A stretch of DNA of 64,000 bases, taken from contig OY729416.1 of NCBI GenBank assembly GCA_963422265.1, forward strand, positions 32,001-96,000. The letters run 5' to 3'. A model generated the notes under the pieces. That model was not told the DNA's origin and did not search any database. It saw only the letters and a program-made list of their open reading frames with translations. This DNA is from Thermodesulfobacteriota bacterium. GTDB taxonomy: Bacteria; Desulfobacterota_D; UBA1144; Nemesobacterales; UBA2774. The position numbers were made by a program, and so were the translations under genes. Every line of letters begins with the position of its first letter. The first letter of the stretch is position 1. Positions 54,695 to 64,000 of the stretch are shown in pieces.

Positions 54695-54756
54695 AAAGAT
54701 GCGTTTCCACACTTATAAAGCTTTATAAAGGAGCCGCCTCCCTAGAGATGCATTGT

Positions 54757-54790
54757 CAAAAAAGGCGAGCACGAAGACTCGCCTTTTTTG
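54757..54790. terminator. Bidirectional intrinsic terminator
   Basis: CAAAAAAGGCGAG-loop-CTCGCCTTTTTTG between convergent ORFs. Confidence 0.85.
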
Positions 54791-54836
54791 TTATTCTTTA
54801 ACTACTCCTTGATAAGTAGAGGTTGCATCACTCGTT

Positions 54837-55067
54837 TTAACTCTTCTTCCACTTTAACCACCGGGTTTTTATCAAAAACCACCATTCCCTTAGACTGAGA
54901 CCATTAGGAGGCTGTAGATGTCTTGGTTGATTCCAGTGCCGATACTTTTTAGGTATGCTCCCGGGAGAATGCACTAAGAGTTCTGCGTAACTGTCGTTCT
55001 CAACTAACTCTGTAAAGAGCTCTTCGTATAGAGGTGGTTTGAGCGGCAACTTCATATGATAAAACAT
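54837..55067 (-). pseudogene. Probable N-terminal fragment of a Fic-family protein
   Basis: MKLP..PP...KYRHW...RHL.PP.GL...EWW..IK resembles the N-terminus of long Fic proteins (recognised from memory); no Fic HPF motif follows. Confidence 0.45.
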
Positions 55068-55267
55068 CCCTTCTTAATGCAATCTTACACCTCAATTTAT
55101 TTCAACAAATACTAACAATATACTAATTTTGTTAAATTTAGTATATTGTTAGACGCGAGCAACCTACCTGCTAAGTAAAAGCTTATGTCTTCCTTCTTGA
55201 CACCCACCCACACTCCATGTTTACTAATAGTTGTTTACCACCCTTCTCATACGCTAAGTAGAGAGAT

Positions 55268-56557
55268 ATGACTTCCCAGCTTTCAAAATCTAAAAGATTA
55301 TACGACAATGCCAGGAGATTGATGCCCGGGGGCGTAAATAGTCCCGTAAGGTCATTTAACGCTGTGGGGGGGACCCCGGTTTTCATCTCCAAATCCAAGG
55401 GTGCTTATCTATATGACGAAGACGGCAACAAATACATTGACTATATGTCCTCTTGGGGTCCCCTTATTTTAGGGCATTCGGATCGAGACGTGGTAAGGGC
55501 GGTGAAAGCCGCAGCGGAAAGGGGAACAAGCTACGGCGCGCCATGCGAGAGTGAAGTATCCCTTGCGAGGCTTATAATCCAGGCTTTTCCTTCTATAGAC
55601 ATGGTTAGGATGACCAGCTCAGGCACGGAAGCCACCATGAGTGGGGTGCGGCTTGCTAGGGCTTTCACTAATAGAGACTATATCGTTAAATTTGAGGGTT
55701 GTTACCACGGACACGCGGATTATCTATTGGTCAAAGCAGGTTCGGGTGCTACCACGCTTGGGACGCCAAGCAGCCCTGGCGTGCCAAAATCCTTCACCAA
55801 CAAAACGCTCTTGGCAAAATACAATGACGCTAGTTCGGTTGAAAAACTATTTAAGAGATACGAGGGCAAAATCGCCGCTATCATAATCGAGCCTGTAGCT
55901 GGCAACATGGGAGTCGTAACCCCTAAAGAGGGGTTCCTAGAGCACCTTAGAAAAATAACTGAAGACGCTGGTACCCTTTTAATATTTGACGAAGTTATCA
56001 CCGGTTTCAGATTGGGAATCGGCGGGGCTCAAAACAGATTCGGGATAACGCCAGACATTACGTGCCTTGGCAAAATAATAGGGGGTGGGTTGCCAGTGGG
56101 CGCCTTTGGAGGAAGAAGGGAAATAATGAACATGGTTGCGCCCGTAGGTCCAACCTATCAGGCTGGCACGCTGTCGGGAAACCCTCTGTCAATGGCGGCG
56201 GGCTTGGCTACACTTGCCAAACTAAGCCAAAAGGGAAGCTATGAAAGGCTAAAGAAAATGACGGAAGGGCTGATACACGGACTTAGAGATATTATAAAAA
56301 CCCTAGGACTAAAAGCTAAAATAAACTCTATAGAATCCATGTTTACGCTTTTTTTCGTCGATGTCGAGCCGTTTGACTACAAGACGGCACTGAGGAGCAA
56401 TACAAAAATGTATGCGAAATTTTTTGAGAATTTGTTGATCGCTGGTATTATGTTTCCGCCTTCTCAGTTCGAGGCGGTGTTTATTTCAGTCGCCCACACG
56501 GAGAAGGATATTAATAAAACCCTCGAAGCTTCTTATAAGGCTCTTAAAAATATGTGA
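55268..56557 (+). CDS. hemL: Glutamate-1-semialdehyde 2,1-aminomutase
   Basis: PGGVNSPVR, SGTEA.M, GCYHGH, FDEV.TGFR, GK.IGGG.P and PSQFE. Confidence 0.97.
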   Translation: MTSQLSKSKRLYDNARRLMPGGVNSPVRSFNAVGGTPVFISKSKGAYLYDEDGNKYIDYMSSWGPLILGHSDRDVVRAVKAAAERGTSYGAPCESEVSLARLIIQAFPSIDMVRMTSSGTEATMSGVRLARAFTNRDYIVKFEGCYHGHADYLLVKAGSGATTLGTPSSPGVPKSFTNKTLLAKYNDASSVEKLFKRYEGKIAAIIIEPVAGNMGVVTPKEGFLEHLRKITEDAGTLLIFDEVITGFRLGIGGAQNRFGITPDITCLGKIIGGGLPVGAFGGRREIMNMVAPVGPTYQAGTLSGNPLSMAAGLATLAKLSQKGSYERLKKMTEGLIHGLRDIIKTLGLKAKINSIESMFTLFFVDVEPFDYKTALRSNTKMYAKFFENLLIAGIMFPPSQFEAVFISVAHTEKDINKTLEASYKALKNM

Positions 56558-56905
56558 GCAATTTATAGGTTAGTGGGTGATGTATCAAAAGACGACATTC
56601 TAAAACAAATTGGAACGGCAAGTGCAGGCGACAAAGCCAAGTGCAGGTGACAAAGTAAGGAGTAGGAGAAGACGGTGCAAGAGGCAGAAGATGACAAAGA
56701 ATAACAATCGTCACCACTATGAAAATTGTGACTCAGCCGTGATCAAGGGGATGGACAGGGTGAGCTAGAATGAGACGTAGGCAGGGTTTTAACAACTTTC
56801 CTGTAAAAACGGATTAGGCATTAAGGCTGCTTGATTGAGTTACTCCTCGGATTGAGGTGTTGGAGAAGTGTTGAATTGGAGAAGAATTGAAGAGGTATAT
56901 AACAG

Positions 56906-57127
56906 GTTAAAAAGCAAAACAATTACAAGTGGCTTACGCTGCTCGCCCTAGCATTCGAGATGGGGTTTTCAGTCGTTGCTGGAATAATTCTCGGACGCTA
57001 CGTTGATAAATGGGTAGTAGGAACGGAGACGACGACACATTGGTTTACCCTATTGGGGCTTGTGGTGGGTTCCGCAGCGGGTTTTAGCTTTTTAATAAGA
57101 ACCATCAAGGGATTAAATAAAGATTAA
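56906..57127 (+). CDS. AtpZ/AtpI-family (ATPase gene 1) protein; absent from the ORF track, no canonical start
   Basis: Frame reads (V)KKQNNYKWLTLLALAFEMGFSVVAGIILGRYVDKW...WFTLLGLVVGSAAGFSFLIR; first gene of the F0 cluster. Confidence 0.75.
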   Translation, partial: VKKQNNYKWLTLLALAFEMGFSVVAGIILGRYVDKWVVGTETTTHWFTLLGLVVGSAAGFSFLIRTIKGLNKD

Positions 57128-57194
57128 CACACAGAGCATCTACACGGGTGCGACAAGATAGTAAAGAAACGGCAAGTAAGATAGTCTCATAAAG

Positions 57195-57572
57195 ATGGAT
57201 AGTAGCAAGCTAATTAATATACCAAGGCTCGGAGGAGTAGAAAAAGGAAGTATTGCCGTAACGGCAATACTGTTTGCCTTAGGTTACTTAATGGGTTTTA
57301 AGGATCTTGCCGTCGGGATCGCGGCTGGGGGCGTATTATTTACGGCGAATTTCGTAGTTATAGGATTTATAGTGACGACAATTATTACAAAATCTTATCC
57401 TACGAGCTTCGGTATTTTCGTCCTTGTTGTAAAGATGGCTATCCTCATAGCCATTGCGGCTTGCACGTTCATTTTTGCGAAGGTTAATCTCTACGGATTC
57501 TTTATAGGAATAACGGGTGTTGTGATAGTAATCATAGGAGAAAGTTTGCGGGCAGTGTCCACAGACAAGTAA
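57195..57572 (+). CDS. atpI: ATP synthase subunit I
   Basis: Four TM helices with G...G......N motif, directly upstream of atpB. Confidence 0.75.
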   Translation: MDSSKLINIPRLGGVEKGSIAVTAILFALGYLMGFKDLAVGIAAGGVLFTANFVVIGFIVTTIITKSYPTSFGIFVLVVKMAILIAIAACTFIFAKVNLYGFFIGITGVVIVIIGESLRAVSTDK

Positions 57573-57589
57573 AAAGAGAGGAAGCGGAT

Positions 57590-58285
57590 ATGGAACACTT
57601 TAGCTGGTTCACGTTGATTGGATTAGGGCAATACGATTACATTTTAGGTTCGCTTTTAGTTCTAACTTTATTGCTGCTTGCAGGAATAAAGATAAGAGGC
57701 GCTCTCTCCAGATCAGGTTCAGTTCTTCCTGATGAAAAGCTTTCGGTTAACAATATCTTTGAAATGCTAACTATCGACTTTTTGTTCGATCTCTTTGCGA
57801 ACGTGCTGGGATCAAGAGAAAAGGCTAAAAGATACTTTCCCCTGCTGGGAGGCTCTTTCTTTTTTATAATGTTCGCAAACTTGCTTGGTATGGTGCCGGG
57901 CTTCCTGCCTCCAACGGGCAACATAAACGTAGCGGCGGCTTGCGGCTTGGTGATCTTCATCATGTATAACTACTATGGGTTTAAAGAGAACGGCTTAGGC
58001 TACGTCAAGCACTTTGCGGGCCCCGTTATTTTTCTGGCGCCCTTAATGTTCATAATAGAGTTGATAAGCCATTTCGTCAGGCCGGTTTCCCTTTCGCTGA
58101 GGCTGTTTATGAATATAACAGGAGACCATATGGTGCTCGGAGTTTTCACCAACTTGGTGCACTACGTAATCCCTGTTATCTTCGTGGGGCTTGGTATCTT
58201 CGTATCCTTGCTGCAAGCGTTTATCTTTACTGTTCTCTCAGCTATCTACATATCTCTTGCGACGGCTCACGAGACGGAGCACTAA
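57590..58285 (+). CDS. atpB: ATP synthase F0 subunit a
   Basis: N..G..PG..PPT.N, E.IS...RP.SL..RLF.N and LQAFIF..L...Y. Confidence 0.96.
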   Translation: MEHFSWFTLIGLGQYDYILGSLLVLTLLLLAGIKIRGALSRSGSVLPDEKLSVNNIFEMLTIDFLFDLFANVLGSREKAKRYFPLLGGSFFFIMFANLLGMVPGFLPPTGNINVAAACGLVIFIMYNYYGFKENGLGYVKHFAGPVIFLAPLMFIIELISHFVRPVSLSLRLFMNITGDHMVLGVFTNLVHYVIPVIFVGLGIFVSLLQAFIFTVLSAIYISLATAHETEH

Positions 58286-58354
58286 ACACAAGTATTACCC
58301 AACGATGATTATTCATTTAATAGATAAATATCAACTAGTTAAAGGAGGTAGGAA

Positions 58355-58687
58355 ATGAAAAAGGCTCTTTACACGCTTTCTATATTTGTGGTTGCGGCGT
58401 TAGCCGCCTTTTCCCCAGAAGTGGCGTTAGCTGCCGAAGGCGGCAGCGATCTTACCAAGCTAGGGCTTGCTATAGGTGCTGGCTTGGGTGGCTTGGGAAT
58501 CGGCATCGCAGCAGGATTCGCCGGAATGGGGCAGGGACGAGCCACAGCGGCGGCATTGAGTGGAATAGCAAGGAACCCTGGTGCAAGCTCTAAAATTCTT
58601 ACGCCGATGATTATCGGGCTTGCTCTTATAGAGTCCCTTGTTATTTACGCTCTTCTCATAGCATTTTTGCTTCAAGGAAAAATCTAA
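58355..58687 (+). CDS. atpE: ATP synthase F0 subunit c with N-terminal leader
   Basis: GxGxGxG helix, ARNP loop and IESL.IY. Confidence 0.96.
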   Translation: MKKALYTLSIFVVAALAAFSPEVALAAEGGSDLTKLGLAIGAGLGGLGIGIAAGFAGMGQGRATAAALSGIARNPGASSKILTPMIIGLALIESLVIYALLIAFLLQGKI

Positions 58688-58713
58688 CCCGATTGTAGAA
58701 CAGGGTGTGCAGG

Positions 58714-58769
58714 ATAAAAGGCGTTTGAGGGGGTTTTTCGCTAAAAAAGTCCCCTCATTCCGCTTTTAT
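58714..58769 (+). terminator. Long hairpin terminator after atpE
   Basis: ATAAAAG.GCG..TGAGGGG / CCCCTCA..CGCTTTTAT. Confidence 0.65.
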
Positions 58770-58946
58770 GTGCTCCTGTAAATGAAGATAGATAAAAGCA
58801 AATCCTGCAGGCGACAATATAATGTCATTCTCTAAACCACGTCCCCGAATCTCGTCTCATCTATAGGTGATTCTTGTGGTTGCCCATCCTCCTTGCGTTC
58901 ACATGCGTCCATCTGCAGATAATAACCAGATAAGGAGACCCGCCAG

Positions 58947-60149
58947 TTGAGTTTTAAAAATCCCGAGGAGCAAATTCAAGCCGTTAGGCGGGGTATAGAA
59001 GAAATAATTCCGGAACAAGAGTTGATTCTCAAACTTAGGAAATCAAAAGAGCAAAATCGCCCTCTTAGGATAAAAGCCGGGTTTGATCCGACTGCGCCGG
59101 ATATTCATCTGGGGCATTGCGTGCTATTAAAAAAGCTAAGGGAGTTTCAGAATCTAGGTCACGTCGTTCTCCTTCTCATAGGAGATTTCACTGCCATGAT
59201 AGGCGATCCTTCCGAAAGATCTGAAACAAGACCTACCCTTTCCGAAGCCGACGTTAAGCGAAACGCCGAAACTTATGAAAGACAGGTGTTTAAGATTCTA
59301 GACCGAGATAAAACTGAGGTCTTATTCAACTCAACGTGGCTTAGAAAAATGAGTGCCGCTGAGTTGCTTGGACTAGGGTCGCTCGAGAACGTTGCGAGGA
59401 TGATAGAGCGAGACGATTTTAATAAACGCTACAAAGCGGGAATCCCCATCGCCATTAACGAGTTCCTTTATCCCCTACTACAAGCTTATGACTCCGTTAA
59501 TATGAAAGCTGATATAGAGTTCGGTGGATCAGACCAAAAGTTCAACGTCCTTTTAGGACGCAGCGTGCAAAGGCATTTCAATCAGGAGCCACAGGTTGTG
59601 ATTCTTCTTCCCATACTCGAAGGTCTCGATGGTGTTAGAAAAATGTCTAAGTCCCTGAATAACTATATTGCCGTTGAGGATAGCCCAGTGGATATGTTCG
59701 GCAAGATTATGTCCGTCTCAGACGACCTTATGTGGAGATACTACGAGCTTCTATCCTTTCGCACGGACAGGGAAATAGAGAAGCTAAGGAATGATCATCC
59801 AATGGAGGTAAAGAAAGAACTCGCGTTAGAGCTTACTGGTTGGCTCTGCGGCGAAAAGGAAGCCACAAAGGCTCTTGAGGACTTTAATACGAAATTCTCC
59901 ACGAGGGAGTTCCCTCAAGATGCCAGACAGGTATTTATAAGTAGAGATTCAATTAACACGCTATTAGATTTGGTCACTAAGTCTTCTACAAAATTAAAAA
60001 CCCGATCTCAAGCAAAAAGGTTAGCTCTGCAGGGAGCGGTAAGCATTGACGGCGAGAAGGTAACCGACATTAACGCTCCCCTACCTAAAGAGAACAGCTT
60101 TCAATTGAGAATAGGCAAGAAGGAATTCGTTTCAATAAAAATACAATAG
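58947..60149 (+). CDS. tyrS: Tyrosyl-tRNA synthetase
   Basis: [31 protein letters not shown] and C-terminal S4 domain. Confidence 0.97.
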   Translation: MSFKNPEEQIQAVRRGIEEIIPEQELILKLRKSKEQNRPLRIKAGFDPTAPDIHLGHCVLLKKLREFQNLGHVVLLLIGDFTAMIGDPSERSETRPTLSEADVKRNAETYERQVFKILDRDKTEVLFNSTWLRKMSAAELLGLGSLENVARMIERDDFNKRYKAGIPIAINEFLYPLLQAYDSVNMKADIEFGGSDQKFNVLLGRSVQRHFNQEPQVVILLPILEGLDGVRKMSKSLNNYIAVEDSPVDMFGKIMSVSDDLMWRYYELLSFRTDREIEKLRNDHPMEVKKELALELTGWLCGEKEATKALEDFNTKFSTREFPQDARQVFISRDSINTLLDLVTKSSTKLKTRSQAKRLALQGAVSIDGEKVTDINAPLPKENSFQLRIGKKEFVSIKIQ

Positions 60150-60554
60150 AAGCAAGCAAGCCTATAAGCCGAATTCTGTCGTGGACAATCATTCATCTGG
60201 GACGTTCATTTCTGAACGCCTCTAGCGACATACCCTGAGGCGTTAGACGGGCAGCCATATTTTTCCATAGCGAAAAAGTACCTCTCTATTTTGTCTTTCT
60301 CCGAGTGGGGTTTGCCGTGCCGCGGTTTGTTGCCAACCCGCGCGGTAGTCTCTTACACTACCTTTTCACCCTTACCAGCTTTATCTATCTACGGAAGTTA
60401 TCCGCTTAGAAAAGCTTAGGCGGTTTGTTTTCTGTGGCACTTTCCGTCATCTCACGATGCCTGGGCGTTACCCAGCACCCTGCCCTGCGGAGTTCGGACT
60501 TTCCTCTATCTCATGCACAAGGCACGAAACAGCGATTGCCCAGCCTGCTCGCTC
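60150..60554 (-). ncRNA. rnpB: RNase P RNA (type A)
   Basis: Reverse complement has GAGGAAAGTCCG, GAAAGTGCCACAGAAA, GGTAAGGGTGAAA, GGCAAACCCC and ACAGAATTCGGCTTA; P1 termini pair. Confidence 0.95.
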
Positions 60555-60557
60555 CTA

Positions 60558-61001
60558 CTATGAAAGATATTCATCAATAGCAATGTTTGCAAGTCTGTCG
60601 GCTTCCCGATTTTGCTCCCTCGGGACGTGCCGGAGCGTAATTTGTTTGAAATCGCGCAGCATCTTCTTCGCCCTATCGTTCAGCTTAGCGATATTGGGAT
60701 GGCGCACCTTCCACTTCCCATTTATCTGGTTGGCTACCAAAAGCGAGTCAGTATAAATGTTTACCTTATCACCTTTGAATTTCGCCGCGTATTCAAGAGC
60801 TGTGATGAGAGCCCTGTATTCAGCCTGATTATTAGTTCCGACGCCGGTGTATTTTTTGATTAAGGTGGGTTTGGACGTATCCTCTAGCTGAACAGCGACA
60901 GCAGGAACGTGCTTTATCAGAATGCCAATCCCTGAATCACCCGGATTCCCCCTTGACGCCCCGTCTATATAAATCTCCACGGTCTTTTGGGATTGTAGCA
61001 T
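60558..61001 (-). CDS. rnhA: Ribonuclease HI family protein
   Basis: DGASRGNPG, TNNQAEY.AL, DS.LV..Q..G.W and HV.RE.N..AD.LAN. Confidence 0.92.
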   Translation of the reverse strand: MLQSQKTVEIYIDGASRGNPGDSGIGILIKHVPAVAVQLEDTSKPTLIKKYTGVGTNNQAEYRALITALEYAAKFKGDKVNIYTDSLLVANQINGKWKVRHPNIAKLNDRAKKMLRDFKQITLRHVPREQNREADRLANIAIDEYLS

Positions 61002-61082
61002 CTCCGTTTATCCTTTTGTAGATACTGTGGGATGGAACTGCGCATCAATCATTTCACGCCAAATTGTTTTTCTCTCCAATGT

Positions 61083-61796
61083 CTAACTTTTGGGCTCATC
61101 TTTGCTATACAAGATTTTTTGGCAGTTAGGACATTGAATTATCCTTGAAAGGGTAAGCACTTCGTTAAAGAGTTGAGGCGGTATATTCATATTGCAACCA
61201 CTACATATCTCATTCTCGACATATACTAGAACGGTGCCGTTTCTTCTTCTAATCTTTTCGTATAGAGGTAGAATATCCGCACTTATCTGTGAGGCAACCC
61301 TCTCTTTCTCCTCCTTTTTGGGGTGGTAAAGAGCGTTTATGTCTTCTAGTTTTTCCTTAAAGTCCTCAATTTTCAGCCGATAATCCTCTTCCTTCCCAGA
61401 TAGCTCCGTGTTTTCCTCTAAAATTTTAGCCTCTAGCTTCTCAATATTGTCCATTTTCTCAAGAAGCTCTTCCTCAAGCTCCGAGTTCATTTTTTTCGCT
61501 TCCACTATCTCCCTTTGAAGGGCTACATATTCTTTATAGGTCTTTATTTCAAAGAGCTTCTCTTCAGACTTCTTTACTATGTCATCGTTACAAGCGATCT
61601 GCTCCTCTAGGTCGGATTTGTCCTTTGCTAGTTCCTCTTTTTGGTTATTTAATTCCGCTAAAAGATCCTTTTTAGTTTGCAACTCCTCTTCATACGCTGA
61701 TATCTTTTGGGGGTATTCATTTCTATTATCTTCTAACTCTCCAAGCTCCATATCTATCTTTTGGAGCTGTTCGAGAATCAAGATCTGCTCTCTCAC
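61083..61796 (-). CDS. Coiled-coil C4 zinc-ribbon protein (DUF164 type)
   Basis: L..LQ..D, long coiled coil, Y...R and C.GC...IP...CP.C..IL. Confidence 0.88.
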   Translation of the reverse strand: MREQILILEQLQKIDMELGELEDNRNEYPQKISAYEEELQTKKDLLAELNNQKEELAKDKSDLEEQIACNDDIVKKSEEKLFEIKTYKEYVALQREIVEAKKMNSELEEELLEKMDNIEKLEAKILEENTELSGKEEDYRLKIEDFKEKLEDINALYHPKKEEKERVASQISADILPLYEKIRRRNGTVLVYVENEICSGCNMNIPPQLFNEVLTLSRIIQCPNCQKILYSKDEPKS

Positions 61797-61930
61797 CCTT
61801 GCCTCCTTTTTAATTTGCTTTTTGGGTAAATTGGAAACTGAGACGTTACGGGATATTTAGACATCTTAAGCATATAGGTAAAAATCCCTTGATAAAAAGC
61901 CTTCAGAAGACCTTTCGGCAAAATTTATTT

Positions 61931-62004
61931 TGGGCCCACCCGGACTCGAACCAGGGACCAACGGATTATGAGTCCGCCGCTCTAACCAACTGAGCTATGG
62001 GCCC
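61931..62004 (-). tRNA. tRNA-Ile2 (CAT anticodon, lysidine type)
   Basis: Reverse complement GGGCCCATAGCTCAG...GCGGA-CTCATAA-TCCGT...TGGGCCCA; Ile-type acceptor stem. Confidence 0.88.
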
Positions 62005-62065
62005 TAAGAAATTGTCTATTAGAGCATATATTTTAAATAAAAAAAGCACCCTTGTCAAACGAGGA

Positions 62066-63103
62066 CTATCTTAGAGTGAGAAGGGTCTTTGAGAACGGGC
62101 TTTGGACAATTCCTCTCTCGGTAATAATAGCGGTTACGTTCTCATTTGGTGTTATGTCAAACGAGGGGTTAAGAGCATCTACGTCGTCGGGGGCTATTTT
62201 TTTGCCCGATATATGCGTAACCTCGCTTGCGTTCCTCTCTTCTATCGGTATATCATTACCATCAGGACATTTATAGTCAATAGTGGAAACGGGGGCAGCA
62301 ACGTAAAATGGTATTCCATGAGCTTTTGCAAGCACGGAAATAGAGTAAGTGCCTATCTTATTAGCTACGTCACCGTTGCTGGCTATCCTATCTGCCCCTA
62401 CAACCACGGCGTCTATCGTCCCCTTGCTCATTACGTGTCCGACCATGCCATCCGTTATCAGCAACACTGATATACCGTCTTTGTCCAGCTCCCAGGCGGT
62501 TAATCTGGCACCCTGGAGGAAGGGTCTCGTCTCGGTCGCTATTACTTTAACGTTTTTGCCCGCCCCATTCGCAGCCCTTATAACGCCCAGAGCGGTGCCA
62601 TAGCCCGCCGTAGCAAGTGCCCCGGCGTTACAATGAGTCAGCAACACGGAATTATTCTCTATCAGATGCGCGCCGAGCCTGCCCAGGTTTTTACACGAAT
62701 CTATATCTTCCCGTAAAATGGCGCTAGCTTCTTTTATTAAATCTTCCTTAATGTCCTCCATACTTTTATTTCGACTTGTATAAAGCGTCTGGAGCATCCT
62801 TTTCGCCGCCCAAAACAGATTGACCGCAGTAGGTCGCGTAGCCTGCATAGCCTCGACAATTTCCCTAATCTGAATTATAAGATGGGCTTTGTCCCTTGTA
62901 TTAATCTTACAGGCGCCAAGCGCTATACCCATAGCGGCAGCGACGCCTATAGCTGGCGCCCCCCTGATTATCATAGATTTAATGGCTTCCGCCACGTCTT
63001 CATAAGTCTCGCAGACAACGTAAACTTCCTCATTGGGAAGCTTTGTTTGGTCTAATATGACAACTTTATCGCCTTGCCACTCAATCGTTTTGAATGAAGA
63101 CAT
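62066..63103 (-). CDS. mtnA: Methylthioribose-1-phosphate isomerase
   Basis: LDQ..LP, RGAPAIG, RPTAVNL, THCNAG.LAT..YGTA, ETRP..QG.RLT and GADRI..NGD.ANKIGT. Confidence 0.96.
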   Translation of the reverse strand: MSSFKTIEWQGDKVVILDQTKLPNEEVYVVCETYEDVAEAIKSMIIRGAPAIGVAAAMGIALGACKINTRDKAHLIIQIREIVEAMQATRPTAVNLFWAAKRMLQTLYTSRNKSMEDIKEDLIKEASAILREDIDSCKNLGRLGAHLIENNSVLLTHCNAGALATAGYGTALGVIRAANGAGKNVKVIATETRPFLQGARLTAWELDKDGISVLLITDGMVGHVMSKGTIDAVVVGADRIASNGDVANKIGTYSISVLAKAHGIPFYVAAPVSTIDYKCPDGNDIPIEERNASEVTHISGKKIAPDDVDALNPSFDITPNENVTAIITERGIVQSPFSKTLLTLR

Positions 63104-63112
63104 TACTCCCTC

Positions 63113-63988
63113 TTAATCAGCGGGCAAAAATTCGAGAGCCAGCCAATCGCCTTGCCTTTCCTCTTTATTTAGCTGAAAACCCGCTTTGTCAAGCCCTCTT
63201 AAAGCCTCGTCCCTTCTTATATGCGGTATCCCAGAGACTACTAATTTACCCCTTTCGCCCAACCTAGCTTTGAATTCCCCGCTCATAAGCAAGATCGGTT
63301 CCAAGTAAACATTCGCGACTATAAGCTTGTAACTTCCCCTGACGCTTTGAATGTAACCGCAGAAAAAACTTATTTTGTCCAAAACAGAGTTTTTCCGAGC
63401 GTTTTTTCTCGATTCTCTAACTGCAATCGGGTCTGTATCCAAGCCCGTAACGTTGTTAACCCCTAACCTCGCAGCAGCAATAGATAGAACTCCGCTTCCA
63501 CACCCCACGTCAAGCATACTTTCGACGCCGTGCTCGTCAACCTCCCTTTCTATAGCCTCTATACACAACCTTGTGGTTTCGTGATGCCCAGTCCCAAAAG
63601 CAAGCGACGGATTAATTTCTATGACAACGTCAGGGCTTTGAGGGAAATACCGCTCCCAGGGAGGTATTATCACAACCTTCTTGCCTGCCCTGACCTTTTT
63701 AAGCAAACTTTTCCACACCTGCCAGTGCGAGCGATCAATATGCTGAGCGGTAACAGCACCTACTTTGGCACCTGGAAAATTGCTCTCTAGGAAAATCGCG
63801 TATTCCCTAAGGCTGTTAACTACTTTAGCTAGGTCCGTATCCATTGAGAAATAAGCTGATACTCGATAGTTGCCATCCTCTTTAACGTCTTCCGCCACCC
63901 CTTGGGATTCGAGACCCAGAAGGAAATCCGATACCAAAGGCGTTAAAACTTCTGAGACGTCAAACGTGATTTGTGATAATTTGAGCAC
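63113..63988 (-). CDS. prmA: Ribosomal protein L11 methyltransferase
   Basis: PPW, P..AFGTG.H.TT.LC, LDVGCGSG.LSI and SG. Confidence 0.92.
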   Translation of the reverse strand: MLKLSQITFDVSEVLTPLVSDFLLGLESQGVAEDVKEDGNYRVSAYFSMDTDLAKVVNSLREYAIFLESNFPGAKVGAVTAQHIDRSHWQVWKSLLKKVRAGKKVVIIPPWERYFPQSPDVVIEINPSLAFGTGHHETTRLCIEAIEREVDEHGVESMLDVGCGSGVLSIAAARLGVNNVTGLDTDPIAVRESRKNARKNSVLDKISFFCGYIQSVRGSYKLIVANVYLEPILLMSGEFKARLGERGKLVVSGIPHIRRDEALRGLDKAGFQLNKEERQGDWLALEFLPAD

Positions 63989-64000
63989 CTTATGCTCCCG

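Overview
Bacterial chromosomal segment, mostly housekeeping genes. The gene order is deltaproteobacterial-like: rpsU-dnaG-rpoD, a split F0 operon atpZ-atpI-atpB-atpE, and tRNA-Ile2/zinc-ribbon/rnhA/rnpB. My unverified inference is a Desulfobacterota-related lineage such as Ca. Dadabacteria. RNA genes: one 16S-tRNA(Ile)-tRNA(Ala)-23S operon with no linked 5S, a solo 5S gene about 13 kb upstream, RNase P RNA and four more tRNAs. Accessory content: a tandem duplication of two large FN3-repeat surface protein genes (10 vs 7 modules, mosaic) bounded by three copies of a palindromic-element core; a decayed ApaLI-like restriction-modification relic; a solo B3-like/HNH nuclease; and a Fic-like gene fragment. 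Patterns across the window: composite islands of about five small palindromic repeat families (some apparently inserted in frame into housekeeping genes) and pervasive 9-22 bp tandem microduplications. Other oddities: an intact sirtuin lacking its catalytic and NAD-binding motifs, an MgtE lacking the pore Asp, an RseP with an extra PDZ domain on the cytoplasmic side, two genes with apparent non-canonical starts, and gene order suggesting a roughly 35 kb inversion. No CRISPR array, integrase, reverse transcriptase or intact transposase was seen. All family calls come from motif recognition by eye; no searches were run.
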